Assembly: GCA_963778655.1 (NCBI GenBank)
Contig: CAVZVA010000005.1
Span: 96,001 to 160,000 of the forward strand
Direction of reading: 5' to 3'
Source: an uncultured delta proteobacterium
Lineage (GTDB): Bacteria > Myxococcota_A > Polyangia > Polyangiales > JAFGIB01
Length of the DNA: 64,000 bases
The position numbers were made by a program, and so were the translations under genes. This document shows, in pieces, positions 59,305-64,000 of this stretch. The notes under the pieces are model-generated. The model did no database searches and was not told where the DNA came from. It saw only the letters and a list, made by a program, of their open reading frames with translations. The number at the start of each line of letters is the position of its first letter. Position 1 is the stretch's first letter.

Positions 59305-59468
59305 CTCGGGTCTGGCCCTTTTCCGACGGCCCTCGCTTGTCCAGCGCTTTTCGAGCCGTCCCGTGCTCCTTAGGAAGGGGGACCTACCCTTTCTGCGTCG
59401 CACGAGACACCCCGAGAACCGCTGTCCTGCGCGACCATCCGCCGCAAAAGGGCGAGACCCAAGTCTGA
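59298..59468. mobile_element. About 165-bp long-hairpin element (family B, full copy)
   Basis: GACTCGGGTCTGGCCCTTTTCCGACGG (59303-59329) versus CCGCCGCAAAAGGGCGAGACCCAAGTC (59439-59465), 23/27; inner stems continue to TAGGAAGGG/CCCTTTCTG. Confidence 0.72.
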
Positions 59469-59500
59469 AATTGCCGCGCCGCCGCGCACGGTTGCCCCGG

Positions 59501-59572
59501 ATTCAACAGGAAGACGGGAAGGCGGGAAGAAGGAAATGCAACTATACTTCCCGCCTTCCCGTCTTCGTGTGG
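59501..59572. repeat. REP-like family E copy 6
   Basis: ATTCAACAGGAAGACGGGAAGGCGGGAAG ... CTTCCCGCCTTCCCGTCTTCGTGTGG. Confidence 0.8.
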
Positions 59573-59601
59573 CTCTTCTCGGCGGGACGTGACCCGGAAC
59601 C

Positions 59602-60480
59602 GTGCCCGCGACCAAACAGCCCGCGGCCACCGACAGCGCCACGCTGCTGGTGTCGTGCCCCGATCGCAAGGGGCTGGTGGCCGCGCTCGGCCAGCTGCTC
59701 TACGGCCACGGTGTCAACATCGTCGACGCGATCCAGCACAGCGACCTCAGGGCCGGCCAGTTCTTCCAGCGCATTCGCATGGACCTACGCGAGCTGCACA
59801 CCGATCGGCTGGCGCTGCGAGGCGCGATTGCCGAGGTGGCGCAGCGCTTCTCGATGCGCTTTCGGCTGAGCTTCGGCGACCGCGTGCCGCGGGTTGCGAT
59901 CCTGGTCGGCAAGCAGGACCACTGCCTGCAAGACCTGCTGTGGCGCCACCGCGCCGGCGAGCTGCGCTGCGAGCTGGCGTTGATCGCGAGCAACCACGAC
60001 ACCCTGGCCGAGCTGGCGGAGCGCTACGGCGTCCCGTTTCACCTCTGCCCCATCAGCGCCGGGGACAAGGCCGCCCAGGAGCAGCGGATCGAGGAGCTGC
60101 TCCAACGGGAGCAAGTCGACTCGGTCGTGCTCGCGCGCTACATGCAGGTGCTCAGCGCCGGGTTCTGCGAGCACTGGGCCGAGCGCGTCATCAACATCCA
60201 CCACTCCTTCTTGCCTGCGTTCATGGGCGGCAAGCCCTACCACCAGGCGTACGCCCGCGGGGTCAAGATCATCGGCGCGACCGCGCACTACGCCACCGCC
60301 GACCTCGATCAGGGCCCGATCATCGAGCAGGACGTGGTCCGGGTCTCGCACCGCGATACCGTCGACGACATGGTGCGCAGGGGCCGCGACCTCGAGCGCG
60401 TGGTGCTCGCGCGCGCGGTGCGACTGCACCTGGAGGATCGCGTGCTGGTGCACGGCAACAAGACGGTCGTGTTCGAATAG
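59602..60480 (+). CDS. purU: Formyltetrahydrofolate deformylase
   Basis: ACT domain CPDRKGLVA; HCLQDLL, LARYMQVLS, INIHHSFLP, GATAHY, DQGPII, NKTVVF. Confidence 0.96.
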   Translation: MPATKQPAATDSATLLVSCPDRKGLVAALGQLLYGHGVNIVDAIQHSDLRAGQFFQRIRMDLRELHTDRLALRGAIAEVAQRFSMRFRLSFGDRVPRVAILVGKQDHCLQDLLWRHRAGELRCELALIASNHDTLAELAERYGVPFHLCPISAGDKAAQEQRIEELLQREQVDSVVLARYMQVLSAGFCEHWAERVINIHHSFLPAFMGGKPYHQAYARGVKIIGATAHYATADLDQGPIIEQDVVRVSHRDTVDDMVRRGRDLERVVLARAVRLHLEDRVLVHGNKTVVFE

Positions 60481-60528
60481 AGACGGCACGCTCCCCGGAC
60501 GTGTCCGCGCGGGCCATGAGCAATTTTC

Positions 60529-60606
60529 GAATTCAACAGGAAGAGAGGAAGGCGGGAAGAAGACCATGGGTGCGCGCTTCCCGTCGTCGCGTCTTGCTGT
60601 GAATCT
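60529..60606. repeat. REP-like family E copy 7
   Basis: GAATTCAACAGGAAGAGAGGAAGGCGGGAAG ... CTTCCCGTCGTCGCGTCTTGCTGTGAATCT. Confidence 0.75.
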
Positions 60607-60633
60607 GCTCGATCTGGACGGGCGACGATCAGG

Positions 60634-63213
60634 ATGAGCACGGGCGACCTACAGCAGGCGAGCGGGGAGGGCGGCCAGCCCGGGGCGGGCTCACTGTGGA
60701 CCAGGCTGCCGCCCGGCGGGGGTGACGCCGACGCCCTGCTCGACGCCTTCTTGGGCTGGGTGGGCGCGCGCGGGCTGGAGCTGTACCCGGCGCAGGAGGA
60801 GGCGATCCTCGAGCTGCTCTCCGAGCGACACGTGGTGCTCGCCACCCCGACCGGATCGGGCAAATCGCTGGTGGCCACCGCACTGCTGTTCCGCGCGCTG
60901 GCGAGCGGCGGGCGCGCCTTCTACACCTGCCCGATCAAGGCGCTGGTCAGCGAGAAGTTCTTCGAGCTGTGCCAGGCATTCGGGCCCGAACGCGTGGGCA
61001 TGCTCACCGGTGATGCCAGCATCAATCGCGACGCCCCGCTGATCTGCTGCACCGCCGAGATCCTTTCCAATCTCGCGCTGCGCGAGGGCGGCGCCGCCGG
61101 CGTGCGTTTCGCGGTGATGGACGAGTTCCACTTCTACGCCGACCCCGAGCGCGGCCTGGCCTGGCAGGTGCCGCTGCTGGCGCTGCCCGACACCCAATTC
61201 CTGCTGATGAGCGCCACGCTCGGCGACATGAGCGCGATCAGCGAGAGCCTGCGGCGCCTGAGCGCGCGCGAGGTCAGCGTGGTGCGCTCGGCCGAGCGCC
61301 CGGTGCCGCTCGACTACAGCTACCGCGAGCTGCCGCTGACCCAGAGCATCGCTTCGCTGGTGGAGGAGGACAAGGCGCCGATTTACGTGGTGAGCTTCAC
61401 GCAAAGGGAGTGCGCGGAGCTGGCGCAGGCGCTCACCAGCCTGAGCTTGATGCCCCGCGAGCGGCGCCAGGAGCTCGGCGCCGCGATTTCGGGCTTCCGC
61501 TTCGACAGCCCCTTCGGCAAGGACCTGCGGCGCTGCCTGGGCCACGGCATCGGGCTGCACCACGCCGGCTTGCTGCCCAAGTACCGGCGGCTGGTGGAGC
61601 GGCTGGCCCAGGCCGGCAAGCTGGCGGTGATCTGCGGCACCGACACGCTCGGCGTCGGCATCAATGTGCCGATTCGCAGCGTGCTGTTCACCAAGCTGTG
61701 CAAGTTCGACGGCACGCAGACGCGCCGGCTCTCGGTGCGCGAGCTGCAGCAGATTGCCGGCCGCGCCGGCCGCCGCGGCTACGACCAGCGCGGCAGCGTG
61801 GTGTGCCAGGCGCCCGAGCACGTGATCGAGAACAAGCTGCTCGAGGGCAAGGTGGGCGGCGACGCCAAGAAGAAGCGCAAGCTGACCTACAAGAAGCCGC
61901 CCGAGCGCGGCTACGTGCACTGGGACGAGGCGGTGTTCATGAAGCTGGTGCAGGGCGTGCCCGAGCCGCTCGCCAGCCAGTTCCGCGTCGATCACGGCAT
62001 GCTGCTCGAGTTGCTCGAGCGCCCGCCCGAGGTCGCGCCGCGCGGCTACCGCGCGCTGGTGCGGCTGATCGCGGAGTGTCACGAGCGCGACGCGATCAAG
62101 GCGCGGCTGCGCGCGCGCAGCAAGCAGTTGTTCAAGGCCCTGCGTCAGGCCGAGGTCGTGCACCTGCGGCTGCGGCCGAGCCGGCGCAGCTCGGAGGCAG
62201 TGATCAGCGAGGACCTGCAGCGTGACTTCTCGCTGCACCACTCGCTCTCGCTGTACCTGGTGGAAGCGCTGCACGTGCTCGATCCCGAGGCGCCCGGCTA
62301 CGCGCTCGACGTGCTCAGCTTCGTGGAAGCGATCCTGGAGAACCCGGCGGTGGTGCTCCAGGCGCAGGCCAAGAAGGCGCGCGACGAGGTCTTCCAGCGG
62401 CTCAAGGCCGATGGCGTCGAGTACGAGCAGCGCATGGCCGAGCTCGACAAGGTCAGCTATCCGAAGCCCAACGCCGAGCTGATCTACGGCACCTTCGACG
62501 CCTACGCTGGCCACCACCCGTGGCTCGAGAGCGACAACATCCGCCCCAAGTCGATCGCCCGCGACATGGTGGAGCGCTACCTCTCGTTCACCGACTACGT
62601 CAAGGAATACGGCTTGAGCCGCGCCGAGGGCGTGCTGCTGCGCTACCTGAGCGAGGCGTACAAGACGCTGCTGCAGAGCGTGCCCGACCCGTGCTGGAAC
62701 GACGAGCTGATCGATCTGGCCGCGTTCCTGCGCTCCACGCTGCAGCGGGTCGACTCCAGCCTGGTCGAGGAGTGGGAGCGCATGCTCTCGCCCCAGCCGC
62801 AAGAGCCGGCCGAGGACGTCCGGCGCGTGCACGCGCTCGCGCACGATCCGCGCATGCTCGGCTCGCGCATCCGCTCCGAAATGCACATGCTGGTCAAGGC
62901 GCTTGCGGCGCGTGACTACGAGCAGGCGGCGGCCTGCGTGCGCGCGGACGCGCCCGAGCGGTTCACGGCCGAGCGCTTCGAGCAGGCGATGGAGCCTTTC
63001 TTCGCCGCTCACCCGAGCCTGGTCGCGGACGCGCGGGCGCGCCAGAGCCAGTGGACGATCGTCGAGCCGCTGCAGCCGCGGCTGTGGCGCGTGCGGCAGG
63101 TACTGCTCGACCCGGAGCAGGACAACGACTTCTACCTCGAGGCGCGAGTCGACCTGCGGGGCCCGAGCGAGCCCGAGGGCCCGCTGGTGGAGCTGCTCGA
63201 CGTCGCGCGCTGA
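60634..63213 (+). CDS. Ski2-like DEAD/DEAH helicase with DUF3516-type C-terminus
   Basis: LYPAQEEA, TPTGSGKS, PIKALVSEK, MDEFH, HHAGLLPKYR, QIAGRAGR, PKSIARDM, VDSSLVEEW. Confidence 0.9.
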   Translation: MSTGDLQQASGEGGQPGAGSLWTRLPPGGGDADALLDAFLGWVGARGLELYPAQEEAILELLSERHVVLATPTGSGKSLVATALLFRALASGGRAFYTCPIKALVSEKFFELCQAFGPERVGMLTGDASINRDAPLICCTAEILSNLALREGGAAGVRFAVMDEFHFYADPERGLAWQVPLLALPDTQFLLMSATLGDMSAISESLRRLSAREVSVVRSAERPVPLDYSYRELPLTQSIASLVEEDKAPIYVVSFTQRECAELAQALTSLSLMPRERRQELGAAISGFRFDSPFGKDLRRCLGHGIGLHHAGLLPKYRRLVERLAQAGKLAVICGTDTLGVGINVPIRSVLFTKLCKFDGTQTRRLSVRELQQIAGRAGRRGYDQRGSVVCQAPEHVIENKLLEGKVGGDAKKKRKLTYKKPPERGYVHWDEAVFMKLVQGVPEPLASQFRVDHGMLLELLERPPEVAPRGYRALVRLIAECHERDAIKARLRARSKQLFKALRQAEVVHLRLRPSRRSSEAVISEDLQRDFSLHHSLSLYLVEALHVLDPEAPGYALDVLSFVEAILENPAVVLQAQAKKARDEVFQRLKADGVEYEQRMAELDKVSYPKPNAELIYGTFDAYAGHHPWLESDNIRPKSIARDMVERYLSFTDYVKEYGLSRAEGVLLRYLSEAYKTLLQSVPDPCWNDELIDLAAFLRSTLQRVDSSLVEEWERMLSPQPQEPAEDVRRVHALAHDPRMLGSRIRSEMHMLVKALAARDYEQAAACVRADAPERFTAERFEQAMEPFFAAHPSLVADARARQSQWTIVEPLQPRLWRVRQVLLDPEQDNDFYLEARVDLRGPSEPEGPLVELLDVAR

Positions 63214-63238
63214 GCACCTGGGGTGAGGTTGACCTTCG

Positions 63239-63332
63239 GATCACAGGAAGGCGGCAGAGACGGGAGCTTCCTTGCGCGAGACGGCCGGAATGCCGGCCCT
63301 CGAATCTTCCCGCCTTCCCGGCTTCCTGTTTC
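63239..63332. repeat. REP-like family E copy 8
   Basis: GATCACAGGAAGGCGGCAGAGACGGGAG ... CTTCCCGCCTTCCCGGCTTCCTGTTTC. Confidence 0.75.
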
Positions 63333-63416
63333 TTGTCCTCGGCCACTCGGCTTTTGACGCGCGGGCTCGAAATGCGCTACCAATTGGCGTGCGGCTGAAG
63401 AGCCCGCGGAGGACCC

Positions 63417-63680
63417 ATGGCGCTGATCGAAACCGAGGAAGCGGCACGGCGCTTGGCCCGCGCGATCGCCAGCGATCTCTCGCTTTACAACGAAGAGAAG
63501 GTGGTCGAGGGCATCACCAACGACAGCCTCTACGAGGTGATGGCCGAGGAGCTGGAGGAGGGCCGCGCCCTGTTCCAGAGCCGCGTGACGCCCGAGCTTT
63601 ACGCCAAGAACTTCTACGACCGAGCGGTCGTGGACATCCTGATCCGTTCCAAGGCCCACATCGACTCGAAGATGTGGTAG
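63417..63680 (+). CDS. romX: RomX-like small polarity protein (MglA GEF subunit)
   Basis: 87 aa: RLARAIASDLSLYNE..EELEEGR..SRV..RSKAH..SKMW. Matches my recollection of myxobacterial RomX and its position upstream of an RluA/D gene; not verified by search. Confidence 0.65.
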   Translation: MALIETEEAARRLARAIASDLSLYNEEKVVEGITNDSLYEVMAEELEEGRALFQSRVTPELYAKNFYDRAVVDILIRSKAHIDSKMW

Positions 63681-63702
63681 CCGCGGCGGGGCGGCGCGGC
63701 TG

Positions 63703-64000
63703 GTGAGCCATTCGCGCGCCGCGCCCGAGCCGCCGCCGCTCGAGCTGGTGATCGCCGAGCAGGAGGCGGGCGAGCGGCTCGACCGCGTGCTGAGCGCGCG
63801 GGCGCTGGGCTTTTCGCGCTCCGCGCTGCAAGGCTTCATCGCCGAGGGCCGGGTCGAGGCGGATGGCCGGGTGGTGCGCGCGAGCGCGCGCCTGCGTGCC
63901 GGCGCGCGCGTGGTGGTGCGGCCCGCGCCGCCGCCGCCCTCCGCTGCCGAACCTCAGGATCTGCCGCTGCAGATCCTGTTCCAGGACGCGCAGCTCGCCG
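63703..64000 (+). CDS. RluA/RluD family pseudouridine synthase (5' part; runs off window end)
   Basis: Manual translation: S4 domain GERLDRVL..FSRSALQGFIAEGRV, then AEPQDLPLQILFQD. Confidence 0.85.
   Translation, partial: MSHSRAAPEPPPLELVIAEQEAGERLDRVLSARALGFSRSALQGFIAEGRVEADGRVVRASARLRAGARVVVRPAPPPPSAAEPQDLPLQILFQDAQLA

Overview
Very GC-rich bacterial chromosomal DNA. Gene content points to a myxobacterium (Myxococcota, probably Polyangia): a RomX-like gene next to an RluD-type pseudouridine synthase, a myxobacterial ECF/anti-sigma/Cys-rich lipoprotein cluster, and a CGDG Cys-rich repeat protein. The backbone is mostly housekeeping: leuCD, prfC, pyrD, Lrp-gltBD-tyrA, dapAB, queA-tgt, malQ-glgX/glgP, purH(N-domain only)-purD-tsaC-purU, an MrfA/MrfB-type helicase-exonuclease pair with a DUF429 nuclease, and a DUF3516-type helicase. 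I found no rRNA, tRNA, CRISPR array, transposase or integrase. The strongest unannotated signal is intergenic. (i) A REP-like family built from 8-bp GGGAAG(A/G)C units occurs 8 times. (ii) Four unrelated 165-200 bp long-hairpin/MITE-like elements are present, and two of these families supply the stop codons of adjacent genes. Notable proteins: a bacterial Tgs1-like methyltransferase, an MscS + GluR0-type K+ channel operon, a FolB-cupin fusion, an anti-sigma-like protein with its own sigma4 domain, a PHM/DBH-like copper monooxygenase lipoprotein, and a stand-alone IMP cyclohydrolase. Two genes carry single-base frameshifts that may be sequencing errors. All calls come from manual motif reading; no database search was run, and start codons are best estimates.
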